From Chrysomallon squamiferum (lineage: Eukaryota; Animalia; Mollusca): DNA of 64,000 nt. The notes beneath the pieces are model-generated. The model was given only the letters and a program-made list of their open reading frames with translations, was not told the DNA's origin and searched no databases. The stretch covers positions 21,080,001-21,144,000 of the forward strand of contig CM022667.1 of NCBI GenBank assembly GCA_012295275.1, read 5' to 3'. A program made the position numbers and the translations under genes. Shown here one piece after another: positions 12,598-24,330 of this stretch. Each line of letters begins with the position of its first letter. Within the stretch, counting starts at the first letter, position 1.

Positions 12598-15500
12598 CTA
12601 TTTTCTTCATGGTGTAACTGACCAAGATCATAAGCCAGGACAGCTGCTGCTGCTTCACTCACAACTCTTAAAATGTTGAATCCTGCCTTTTCTGCAGCAA
12701 TACTGGAAAACGGTTTTATTGATAATTTTAAAATTGAAAAACACTGACAGAGAATGTTCATTACAAAAAAAAAAATTCTATCATGTTTCCTGCAATTTTT
12801 CAGTAAAAAAAAAAAAGCCTCACAAATTTAAAAAAAATGTTCCAAGAAAATATATCTTTCACAATTTTAACCACTTCAAGCATTTAACATAGATACTGCT
12901 GAGATCTGATTTTAGAGATTACTATTTCCAAACCACAAACACTGTATGGGTTTTTGACTTGGAATAAGGTCAAGGTATGATTCGGTTGACCAGGCTATTC
13001 AAACAAAGCAATATGCTTTTCAGTTTCCATTTATCAAAATCATTAACAAGTTCTTGAGGATTATCCAGTTACCTCAGATAGACATCTGACAATTTTCACT
13101 ATGTGCCATTTTATCTGGTCCTCACAAAAAACCTTTTTCTAATTCCTTTCCTCCATTTGATATTTTATCTTCTTTATTTTTATACACAAGAAAAGGTTTT
13201 ATGAAAACACATGCAATTATTCACTAGAATAAACTGCAATGTTGGCTAAACACAAGCTAATGTTAAAGTCAGACTAAAACTGGTTAAAATCCACAACACA
13301 GCAAATCACAAATCACCTCCCTTGAAATAGCTAAAACAAGTTTCTCAAACAAAAAATACATTTTGTTATTTTCAGGTTACATTTCATAATGCATGTTTGT
13401 TGCTCAGTTTCCTCTATTTCTGATTCCCATTCACTTGCTTAGTAGATCACTATCAAAGTTAATTTTTTCGTTTGTATTGAGAAAGTTAAATTGAGGATGC
13501 AAGGTCACTAACAGCTTTATAATTAGAAACTTGATGCTACATCAGTTGTCTTTTAATGCACTCAGTGATTTCCCTGTGACTCCATCAGAAAGTAAAGAAA
13601 TTATTCTTTTCATGAAAAGAAAGATAATTTTCAATTCACAAATTTACGAAACAAAATTTTATTCAATTTAAAGAAAGAAAAATGTCATTTTGAAGGGAAG
13701 TCCATGCTCCTTCAGAGGAACCTATTTTTAGCCTTTCTTTTGAAACTGTAAAAGGGTTGAAAGGAAACCATGTGTATTTGCCAATGCACAGAAAAGCAAT
13801 CCATGCTGTGTGAGGGCATGAAATGACATGATTCTTAGAAAAATCACTTTCATCAAAATCAAAACAAGCAGTGTATTAGAAATAGTAACTGTTGTTCTTT
13901 ATTGTGGTACATGTTACATGCTCCTTTGAACAATAGTACAACTGTGCTGAGTTGAGAAAAGTTAGCATTTTTCAGCTGGTTATATATATATATATATTTT
14001 CCTCTAATGGTTTTATGTTTAAATCTGATATAAGATTTCAGATAACAAACATTAATTCAAAGCTAATATATAATACCTAATAGCATTTCTTTGTTCAGGT
14101 GTGAAACTGACAGGCACAGTGAGTACAGCATCTTGTACACTTCTTCCTCCATGACTTTGAACAGTTTCTGCAAAAATCCATTTGATTGTCACTAAACATT
14201 GTAAAAGATTAAATATAAAAGTGATGGAGTAAAACTGTACTTCCTTTTGAAACAGACATTACAGTATGTTGATAAGTATCAAACTATATATTCATATGTA
14301 CACAAAACTCTTTTTATTTATTTTGACTACAATATATAATCCAATAAAATGAAAACATGTACTCAGTAACTATGGTGTTATTAATAAATGGTTTAAATTT
14401 ACAAAAATAATAATAATAATAATAAAATCACAAATCAGCTGCTAACTTCTAAGATACCAAAACTTAATATAATTTTTTTTCCACTTCAAATACAAATTGT
14501 AAATTATCAGATGGTAATTATTTTATAAAATAAAATATAAAGTTAAAATGGTATCTCACCTAACATTTTTCTGTAAATTGCTTCTGCAACAGAGGTAAGT
14601 GACACCTGTTTGGTTTTTCCCATCTTTTTGATCAATCTCTTAATAAAAACGATTTTAGTTTACAATGGTATTAAAATTTAACCTGCTGTCAATCAGGTTA
14701 TCTTTTAATTAAAAAAAAAAAAAAATAAAAATATAAAAAAAATAAAAATGTTTAAAACAGCTTCATAATGTCTAATGTGCATACATGCATTTAAATGATT
14801 TAAGCAGCTGCATACTCATAGCAACTAATACAATTAAACAGTCTATAAATTCCACAACAAATAAATGAAACAAAATCAATGTTCTTAATAATTAGTTCAA
14901 AAATTAATAAAATATCAGAACAATTTACAGTTAAAGATTTTCTGCTTATTTGCATATTAACTGTTACTAGTTTCACTCAAAATATTATCATTGTGCAACA
15001 GAAAGGGAAATAATCCAATAAATGCATCCAGATGGATTAACCACCCAAATGCTTTAACAAAAATATCCTGAAACAAATATATTTCAGGTACTGTGAAAAT
15101 CTGTAAATGAAAACAAATAAAGATAGCCATTATTGGAAGTTTTCAGTAAATAATTACTTGAAGGTGTAACCTTTTGTTAAATATTCAAATACTACAATCC
15201 TTGATGTTTAACCCATTTTTAAATTAACCAAAGCAGGAAAAGTAGAGAAGAGTCAACACACCATATAGTGTGGCAGGTAATGCAACCTAACTGTATAATA
15301 ATGCAACCTTCTAACATCAGAGATCTTGTGTGTTGCTATGACAACACTGTGTAACATAAACCAGTACCAGAAAACTGGAATACAGAGTTAAGTTAAATAA
15401 AAAATCAAATTTGCTACTAATTTATTTTTATATAAACTGCAAATTACAACAGTTTTGAATATTGTTTAGTTGTTGAATTATAATTTGTTATAAAGTTCAT

Positions 15501-15707
15501 CTTTGGTAAATGGAAAAGATTGAATAAAAAAATACAGGTTTCCTAAAATAAAAATGGAATGTTCCAGAACAGTTAAAACAAAACCAATCGGATCTTTCTT
15601 AGTTCAGGTTTGATAGAAAAAGTTGAATTTTAAACAATATTTGCTAACCATATTGAAATAGTATCAAAACATCTGAATAATCAAAACAAATCTTATAATA
15701 TCAAAAA

Positions 15708-15752
<45 letters not shown>

Positions 15753-17003
15753 TGACAACTTAAACAGGGCAAACTGAAATATACCTCAACCAATCCATCC
15801 TTTGGAATGAAATAGACTTTACTGGGTTGTCATGACAACATATCGAAGACTATAAAACTGAAATTTCCTTCCATGTAAGTGTCTGTATGATGGAGACACC
15901 AGAAATGCCTGAGGGCAGTGCTGCTGTTCCTTCAAACAGATCAGCAACAATAAATCATGTTGATACTGAAAGTGAGTTTGAGACTGACGACGATTTTCTT
16001 GCTTCCAAAGGCTACCTGATGGGGGAGTACATGGGCAAGGGTCAGTATAGCAAACTCTACAAATGCCGCAGTGCAAATGAAACAAAAGAAACAAGTAAAA
16101 TTGTGGTAAAAATCATCACAAAGCCTGCAAATGATGCTAGCTTTTGGGATGTGTTTTTACCAAGAGATACTGCTGCAAGAGAAATTCTAAAACAGGATCA
16201 TATCATAACTATGCTCAGTCAGTTTGAAACAAGTAAGAAACTATATTATGTCATGAAAATTCAGTCATTTCATGAATATCTCATCATATACCTTGGCATC
16301 TGGCCAACTTTGTTTCATTCAATTAGTTCACTTCATGCAAACAGTGTTGATAATGAAAATATGGATACATGAAACTTGCTATGTTTCTAAAATTTATAAC
16401 CTCTTCCTTTGCAAGCATCAATGCAAAATTTTAAAAATCTAAAACATACAAATAAATTAATAATAATTATAAATTAAAAAAATATATATTTTTGGAAAAT
16501 CATAATTATATGAAATTAGTAGAAATCTATGAAACAATTTTCTTGAGTTTGACCTTTGACCTTGATACTGTTCTGGAAGAGTACATCATTCATAAGGGTG
16601 GCAATTAATAAATAAATAAATAAATATTATTACCTCATTTTTAAAAAAAATAAAATTAAAAATTTCTTCTAATGTATATATTATTAAAGTTCAACAAAGT
16701 CTTATGATATTTTATTTCATAACAGAAGTTTATTATCAATGATGTAGTAAATTAATGAAAGCAATTCTGAAACCCCTGTTATATAATGGAATAATCCAAA
16801 ACAATGCCCAAATAGGTATTCTGCTCAGAATAGTCTAAAACTTTGTATTAAAATTTTAATATGTGCATTACCATCACTGGGGACTCTGCAATGACATCCT
16901 GCACGACAGTGCTGGAGTATGGGTGTCCTAAGAGGCACTTTACATAACATATTGTGTTATTGGCATTTCGAATCACACCTTGCTTTGCAGCAGCACCAAC
17001 AGA
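12598..17003 (-). pseudogene. HSPA14: Partial HSP70 member 14 (HSPA14-like) gene, four exons: 17003-16872, 14638-14560, 14167-14077, 12702-12598
   Basis: AG/GT-bounded exons with compatible phases (0/0, 0/1, 1/2, 2/2). Spliced peptide: SVGAAAKQGVIRNANNTICYVKCLLG...AIYRKMLETVQSHGGRSVQDAVLTVPVSFTPEQRNAISIAAEKAGFNILRVVSEAAAAVLAYDLGQ. This is the Hsp70 nucleotide-binding domain in HSPA14 style ([23 protein letters not shown]). The first exons and all later exons were not found, so pseudogene status is inferred. Confidence 0.8.
15887..16372 (+). pseudogene. Truncated testis-specific serine/threonine kinase (TSSK-like) ORF, N-lobe only
   Basis: GYLMGEYMGKGQYSKL (Gly loop), IVVKII (VAIK lysine), FLPRD (TSSK FLPRE motif) and FETSKKLYYVM. 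Similarity ends near 16257, with no HRD, DFG or APE motifs. Confidence 0.75.
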
Positions 17004-18078
17004 CTAAAATAAAAACATTTAAAAAAAGTAACAATGTAATATGTATTTAAAATATTTTTAAGCATATTTAATATATATTGTTTTTTACAAATTAATTTTT
17101 TATTTGTTTTTGAATAAAACTATAACAATAAATTAAAAAGTTTGTGAATATTCATGAAGGCATATTTGTCATTACTTTTGTTTATTTATTTATTTATTTT
17201 TGTTTGGGTTAAATGTCGTCTGTTGCCTTCAAGCTGTTATCTCCTACATCTAACACATCATCACTTTGTTCATCTGTCATTGTCATTTTTTTGTTCAGCT
17301 CTTCGATTTTCACCTGAAATCTAGAGGGTGTGGTTTTTCTTTTCCAAGAATGTCATTTTCAATTCCACTGACACTTGGCACTGTTAGTTTCCACTACACT
17401 TTCAGTAGTTTCATTGTTTCTTGGATACTGTTAATTATAACAACTTTCAAGTGCTTATTTCCTTCTTTTTTTCTTTCTCTTTTGTGCCAGATGGGTTGCC
17501 ATTTTGGATTTTGGGGCAGTATTTTTTTAATATGTTTGAAGTCATGTTGAAAAAAAGCTTCTTAACTTTATTTTTTAATTTTTATTTTACATTATAAACT
17601 TTTCAGACAACATACACTTTCACAACTGACTTGGAACAATTTAACATATGAAAAAAAAAAAATCTGAATCACAAGATCTAAAATAAAAGATAGAAGGATT
17701 TATTGATCATTTTAATAGAAACAAAGAAGAAAGGAAAGCAAAGCATGGAAAGAAATGGAAAAAAGTTGAAGTATAATGGTACAGGTGGCAACCAGCAATG
17801 ATAATACATAATGATTTTCAGAATAATGTTAAGATATCTGTTGAAGAAAATGGTGTAAAATATTTATTAACTGGAACTTTATCTTATTCCAAAAATGGCA
17901 TTATATAGTGGTAAATAAATAAAAGAAATTAAAGTCAAAATTAGCAAAACAATAACAGAGACATAATAATAATAAAGAAGAAGAAAGAAAAAATAAATAA
18001 AAGAAAAAAAGATTAAAAATTAAAAGTCATCAGAAAAAAAGAAAACAAAACAAAGAAAGCAATAGAAAGAACGCTTAG

Positions 18079-19949
18079 CTACTGTGTCAAAGTATTTGAC
18101 ATTGTGATGTTTATTGTGTGTGAAACTCTGCTATTGTCACCTTGACCATCACAGTGATCAGTGTCCTCCTCGATCAAGGTTGATAATTTTACTGAGTGTC
18201 TGAAAATGTAAGCTTTATGTTACTTAAGATTATGCCGAGAAAAATTAATTATTTAGGAAAACAAAAAAGGGACAGACACAGAAAAAGAATATCAATTTTA
18301 AGGTTTACCTTCTGTAACAGCCATAAAATAAAAAACAACATTTAATGCAAAACTACTTAAAATTCTATATAATAAATAATAAAATGCTAATAACTATTTT
18401 TGTGTAACCTTTTTAGTCAACATAGAAAATATATTACTATTTTTGTTTTCTCTGTTTCATCAATCAGCTTATGTGTTGTTACTGCAACAATATTTTTAAA
18501 TACAGACCTTTCAAACAAATATGAAATTTTCTTCTTCTTGTTCAAATATTTTCACTGATAATTTCTGATAAATGATTTAATTGGACTTTTTAATAAATAC
18601 TGACACACATATAAGTATTGAACCTATGCAGGTATTTCAATCTTAAATAACATTCATAAAAGTATTATTATCAGATATTAACAGCTCTATATAAAACAGC
18701 TAATTTTTGAAATATACTTTTTTTGATTAATTAAAATAACAAAAAATTAATTTATCTACCAATACAATAAGAGGAACTGTAAATACCAGATTATTGCTAG
18801 GAAAAACATACTTAATGATTAAATAATCAATAAAATTCCATTTTAATTAACAGACTGTAAATACATATGTCTACTTTGCATCTGAAACTAAATTATACCT
18901 TAAAATTTACATATCTAAATTGAAAGGCTGAAAGTCTTACCTGCTGTTTTGTTAAATATCAAAACTCTGGTAGGCATCATTTACTATCACTGCTTTAAAA
19001 CTGTAGCCAGAAGATGAATCTGATTCTTCTTCATTTTCATTGCTGTCACCACTGTTTGAGATTATGGTGCTGCTTCTTTGTCTCTTATCCTGAGCATTAG
19101 TGCTTCTATGATAGCTTGTGTCTATTCCACTTGTGTTGGAATTGCTGCTGGTAGTAAAGTTTGCATCAAGATTCAGTCCAGACTGACACCTCTGATGACT
19201 AAGAGATGGGCAGGACAGTGTACAGTATGGCAGAAGCTTACTGACGTCATACACTGACTGATTCAAGTCAAATGAATGGGTGGTTTAAGTCAGTGGAATT
19301 GGAAGCTTTTTTGCTTTTTCTTGACCTTGGATAATTTCTATCACCTGAAATTAACATTAAAAAGTTAATGTTTATTAGTCACAGGTCTCTGGTGTTAACA
19401 TATGTTAATTCAAGATATTTTTCATTATTAATTTTCTTCTATTTATGAATAAAGCTATCAATTTGCAATGGCAACAGTGAATAAAATTTACTTTATGTAT
19501 GTATATTATACAAATTTTTAAACATTTTTCACTAAATTATGTATGAATGGGTTGGAATGACTTAGGCACTACTTTAAATTGAGTTTTCATGCATGTGCTT
19601 TTAAAAATATCTATTTTAATGCAATAAATAAATTAAAATTAATTAATTTCATGAATACATTTGGAAACTTAACATTTAGCTATTACAATAGGTATACCAG
19701 TTTCATGTTTTTTTGTTTGAATCAAAGCATAATTTTATTATGTGGTGCAGATGGTTATGTAATTAAATTTGAGAACAAAATGGTAGTTTATATTTTGTCT
19801 GAAACAGTGTGATTAGCTTATTTTTGATTTTCCCTCTCTCTAAGCATTTAACAATTTTATTTACCAAGAACAGGTGAACTGGGGACATGTGTTGGTGGAT
19901 GGTGTTGCCTGCACATCCCTCCTAACTCCAGACACTACGACTTTCCATT
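18079..19949 (-). pseudogene. 3' three exons of an unidentified gene with in-frame stops (19949-19865, 19344-18941, 18199-18079)
   Basis: Good splice sites (tatacag/gtaaat, tttcag/gtaaga, tttcag) and lengths of 85, 404 and 121 nt give a phase-consistent frame. Internal stops at 19922-19924, 19285-19287 and 18952-18954; the frame ends in TAG at 18079. Confidence 0.6.
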
Positions 19950-20739
19950 CTGTATAAATAAAATTTTTAAATATTATAAAATAAACATTAATAAAATAAA
20001 TATTAATAATAAAGATTTGTTACACAGATAAATAAAAAGGAAACAATATGAAACATCTGCTCAAAAACATTATTTATGAATATATATAACTGTGAATAAC
20101 GTTTTAACATAAAAAGTATAATTATGTCCTTCCTCAAAAGTGCTAACAGTCATTAAACACATACAGAAAAATTATCTTAAAGATCTACTAACATAAATCT
20201 AATTTAATCTGAATGAAAAACAAAAATTTAACACTTTTTAAAACAAATTTAATTAGATTATTGCATATGTTCAGTAATTTAATTATAAAGGTAACATTTC
20301 CAAACACTCATCTGACTGCATTGTTTTATTTCATAGCTTTATTTCACACTTTTCTGTTATTAACAGATGTAACTAATATGAATTAATACAAACGAGAACA
20401 TCAGGAGCTGTCTGACTGTTTGTTAGTCTGCTTTTAACTGACTCTGTCTCTTTAGCAATTTTAACTTTCAGTTCATCAGTTGTTAAACCAGAGACAGTGT
20501 TATAGAAAAATAGATAGGTTAGACAAATAAATTCAAAACAATTTGTCATTACTTTATTATTATTTTTCTTATTACACACACAGACTTCCCTGTTCATTTG
20601 TTGTCTGTGTTTTGGAACAAAACAGACACCAGAGAACACACAAAAAACACAAAATATCCCAACAGGGTACACGTTACATGACACAAATCACAACACATAC
20701 ATAACACAGTGGACAGAAAACACAAAAACTCCCAACACA

Positions 20740-21080
20740 CAGCAGAAATCCTCCATGGAAGAGAAACAACTTTCCAGATATTCACAAGTCTATGTTAGGA
20801 ATTGTGAAAAAGATTTGGATGTAAGAGCTCTTACCACGAGTATATACACAAAATGTGTTCTCAATAACAATGGAGTAATTTATACTGATCGATCAATAAA
20901 GGAAATAATCAAGAATGGTGGGATACAAATTGAATCAAAGATGAGTGTACCTATTCCAACAGGTAAATGGCCCTGCAATTACAAGTCTGAAATGGATCCT
21001 GATTAATAACATCAAAGACAGACACAGACAAGTGGTGATCTTCTCCTGATGCTCCTTTTGTTCTCCAGGATCTCAAAAAA
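20740..21080 (+). mobile_element. Degraded non-LTR retrotransposon RNase H fragment
   Basis: VIYTDRSIKEIIKNGG...PTGKWPCNYKSEM resembles the LINE RNase H consensus IYTDGS...NGGAG...PTG...NYxAE. Confidence 0.6.
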
Positions 21081-21249
21081 GCTGAAAATTAAAAACATTA
21101 ATGCACCTGAACTTGGAGCTGCTTAGGTTCCTGTCTGAACATTATATGAATGAGAATGATGTATGTGGTTTTCTGTTGTGTTTTTATCTGCAGTGTATGT
21201 TGGTGTAATTGGTTTGTGTGGTTTGTATATAAACTTATAACCTTACCTT

Positions 21250-21768
21250 GTTTTTGACTTCTCAAGGAAACTACAGCAGGCACTATTTCAACATGAAGAT
21301 TTACAGTCTGTTGATACTGTGGAAATTAAAAGGATTTCTCACAGTGTATGTTCAGCCAGGCTTAATTATAATTAATAAAAGAAATTAATTTTGTTTGTAT
21401 TGATAAATAGAATTTGATAGGTTTATAAAAGAACGTCATTTGAGATAAAGACAAATTATTTTTATAAATTTCTTCCTTTTATTTATTTATTTTAATTTAA
21501 GTAAGTTTTAATTGCATCATTACTTCCAGAAAAACAGCTTGTCCAAGTTGTTGTAGAAATCAAATTCTCTTCACTAAATCTTCCAGTTTTCCAAGGCACT
21601 GTTTATCCTGATTCTGAATGTTGAAGAAACAATGTATGAAGTTTCATATGTCAGATATCAGAAAATAATTGTTCATAACAGAAAATTGAATTTCATACTT
21701 TGTACATATGGATTTAACATGTTTTATAAGAACAAGTTCTGAATATCTTAGATGTTTTATTATCACAA

Positions 21769-21822
<54 letters not shown>

Positions 21823-21985
21823 TTTTATTAAGTCTTGACATGAGTACTTACATATCAAAACTCACTTTCACTTAGGCAAGCCATCCCTGTAATATTTTGG
21901 TCACATATGAAAGCTTTCATTTCCAGATAATGTTCTTCACCTGCTAAATAAAGAATATTGGATTATGAATGAAAACAAATGACAT
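21250..21985. repeat. Dispersed copy of the exon/intron module also at about 4760-4990, 6900-7520, 24350-24500 (partial) and 24810-25265
   Basis: Shared motifs cactaaat...ccaaggcactg...tctga...tgtatgaa. The block gctttcatttccagat..tgttcttc..ctgctaaataaagaa occurs at 7456 and 21913. Confidence 0.75.
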
Positions 21986-22479
21986 AAATGCATATTACAA
22001 TTGTGAAAATTAACTTGTATTATTTTATTTTATTGTTTGTTTGTGTGACAAATACAGATCCAGCATTAAACAAAACACACTGTGGTTATCGGTGTTGTAC
22101 TTGTATCTGGTGTTTGGCTGGTGTGTATGTGTGTATGTGTGTGTGTGCTTTATTTGTGCTGTTTTTGTGTGTTTTGTATCTATTGTGTCTGTGACATGTG
22201 AGTCTTGTGTTTTGGAAATAGCACTACAGTGCTGTGCTATTGTATGTGTTTGAAATTTTGTTATTTGTCTCTGTGTGTATATGTCTGTATGTTCTGTGGT
22301 ATGTTTCATGTATGAGTGTCATTGTGCAGTTTATATGGTGTGTTTTTGTTGTTTTTTGGGGTAGTATATGTGGAGGTCATTTGTTTATCTGCAGTCTGTC
22401 TGCTTGTGTCTGTGTGTGATGTTTTCAGAGTGTTTGTTTTGTGTGTAGATGAGTGTTTATGATGTGGAGAAGTAACTTC

Positions 22480-24330
22480 ACTGTCTAAACACCAGAGAGA
22501 TATACCAGCAAGAACGACACCTCCTGGTAGAGATTCCCAGGCTGGATTGGTCAAAGGCTAGTGTCTAGGCCAGAATGTAGGAAGGGGGCATAATCCTAGT
22601 TAAATGCTAATTCTGTCATGTGACAGTCCACAACAGAAACTTGAGAGATGATGCTCAGCCACTGGAGACCCGCCAGAGTGGAAGAATGATGGGTTCTATG
22701 ACATAAGCTACAGGAAATTCCAGGTTATGAAATCTATGGGATAAAGCTACTGGTGATAAAAAAAGTTATTAAAAACAACAAACTAAATTTGACACAATGG
22801 AATACTTAAGAAATCTCAAAAATAAAGACACATTTGACAATAAAACTTAACAACAGACATCTATCCTTGCTGTCAGTGGATATTAATGAAGAGAACACAA
22901 CTATCACTGTGTGACTTTAACAGCCATTCACAAAATTTGGAATTAGATGTACTAGAAGACTGGCAGATAAATCAGCAGCACAAACTATTAAGTTGTTCTC
23001 AAGATCCTCCTACATGTTTTCTCAACAACCAGTGCAAACCTAGCTGTTGTTACAGACTTGCAGAGCTGAACTCAGTCAGTCAGTTGGAACCAGTAGCTTC
23101 AGAGTAATGAAACTTACAGTAGATGTCATGATGGAATTACAAAAAGGCAAACTGGTTTTACTCCAAACGGATAGATATCCATAGAGGCAATATTAATATA
23201 AAAAAAAAATCATACAAATAAGATTGTCAAAGAATTCAATACACTCAATTCTCAAAACTGCAAAGGAAACCATGCAAAGAAGAGCAAGATGAAATTACAC
23301 ACCTTACAGCTGCAGAATCTAATGTCTAAAATAAATCAAGCCACAGAAATTGTGGAATAAAAGCCAACTGTTGAAGGCAACTATAGCTGAAGGCAATAAT
23401 TGCAGACTCATTTTTGCTTCTGTTGATACAACATGAACACCAAAAAATACCTTTATAAAGATCTTCAAAGCAAGTTGTATTAGTAGTTCAGTAAAATAAA
23501 CATGGAGAGAGGCAACCATGATTCCATCTACATAAAGGGAAAAGATAGATGGCTACATATCCAGAAGTTTAACAAGATGTGTTAGAAGGTTGATGGAAAG
23601 AATGATCAACAAACAGGCTGATACAGAAAAGCAGCAGCACATTTTCCCAACAGAAAATCAGATCACCTCTATATCACAAGAGACCGAAAAAGCATGCTAA
23701 TGAAAAATAAAATCCCTGGAGGGAAGGATTAAGGCTAATAACACACCAATGTGGAATATCAGTAGATCTGCCAATATGTAACAAATACAATAAAACAAAA
23801 AATTAGAAGAGCCAAAATACATATGAAATTCATAAAGAATCTATAAGGATCATCCTGGTGCTTTTACTACATCACAAAAAAAAAAAAAAGATGTAGAATA
23901 TGGAATTACAAAAAGAAAAGAAGAAAACCAACAAACAACAAATCAAGATAAAAAGTTTCAAACACCAGGCATAATGATACAAAAATATTGATAAAGAACT
24001 CATGGATCATAAGACAATCCCAATGCATTGTAGAATTTGTGCATGGAAAATGAACAACTTTCTAGACATTCAGGACACTGTACCAGGAATATTGTGAAAG
24101 AGAACCAACACAGATTAAGCAAGAATAGATTTTACTAGGATATATACATATCTACCATCAAGATCAGTGGAGGACACACAATGATCAAACTGCTGAAGAG
24201 CAAGTCTAAAATGGAGGTGTATTCATACAAACTGGACACATGGGGGAAATCACTTTGCCACTGAACAAGCACAATGCAGTGGATACCATCAGACTGCAAG
24301 AAATCAGGAAGACATACAAAGAGGAGGTAA
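22480..24330 (+). mobile_element. Degraded LINE (APE endonuclease, RT, RNase H; I-group-like)
   Basis: Motif remnants in the expected order: KIPGYEI-like (about 22715), CDFNSHS (22910), QDPPT, WNYKKANW (23132), EATMIP (23508), LMERMIN (23590) and an RNase H-like NGGVFI (24210). Many frameshifts and deletions. Confidence 0.7.

Noticed and set aside
17690-17950. Possible RTE-type reverse transcriptase remnant
   Set aside because: Only a vague KYL..G..EIK resemblance, too degraded to support.
19865-19949. WSxEGC as a GPS/GAIN motif
   Set aside because: The downstream CxCxHLTxF and transmembrane segments are absent.
21246-21320. VPAVVS followed by a strong donor, as a candidate HSPA14 exon 2
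   Set aside because: It lacks the ANDAGDRVTP motif, its phase 1 end does not fit the phase 0 exon at 17003, and it lies in the locally duplicated module.
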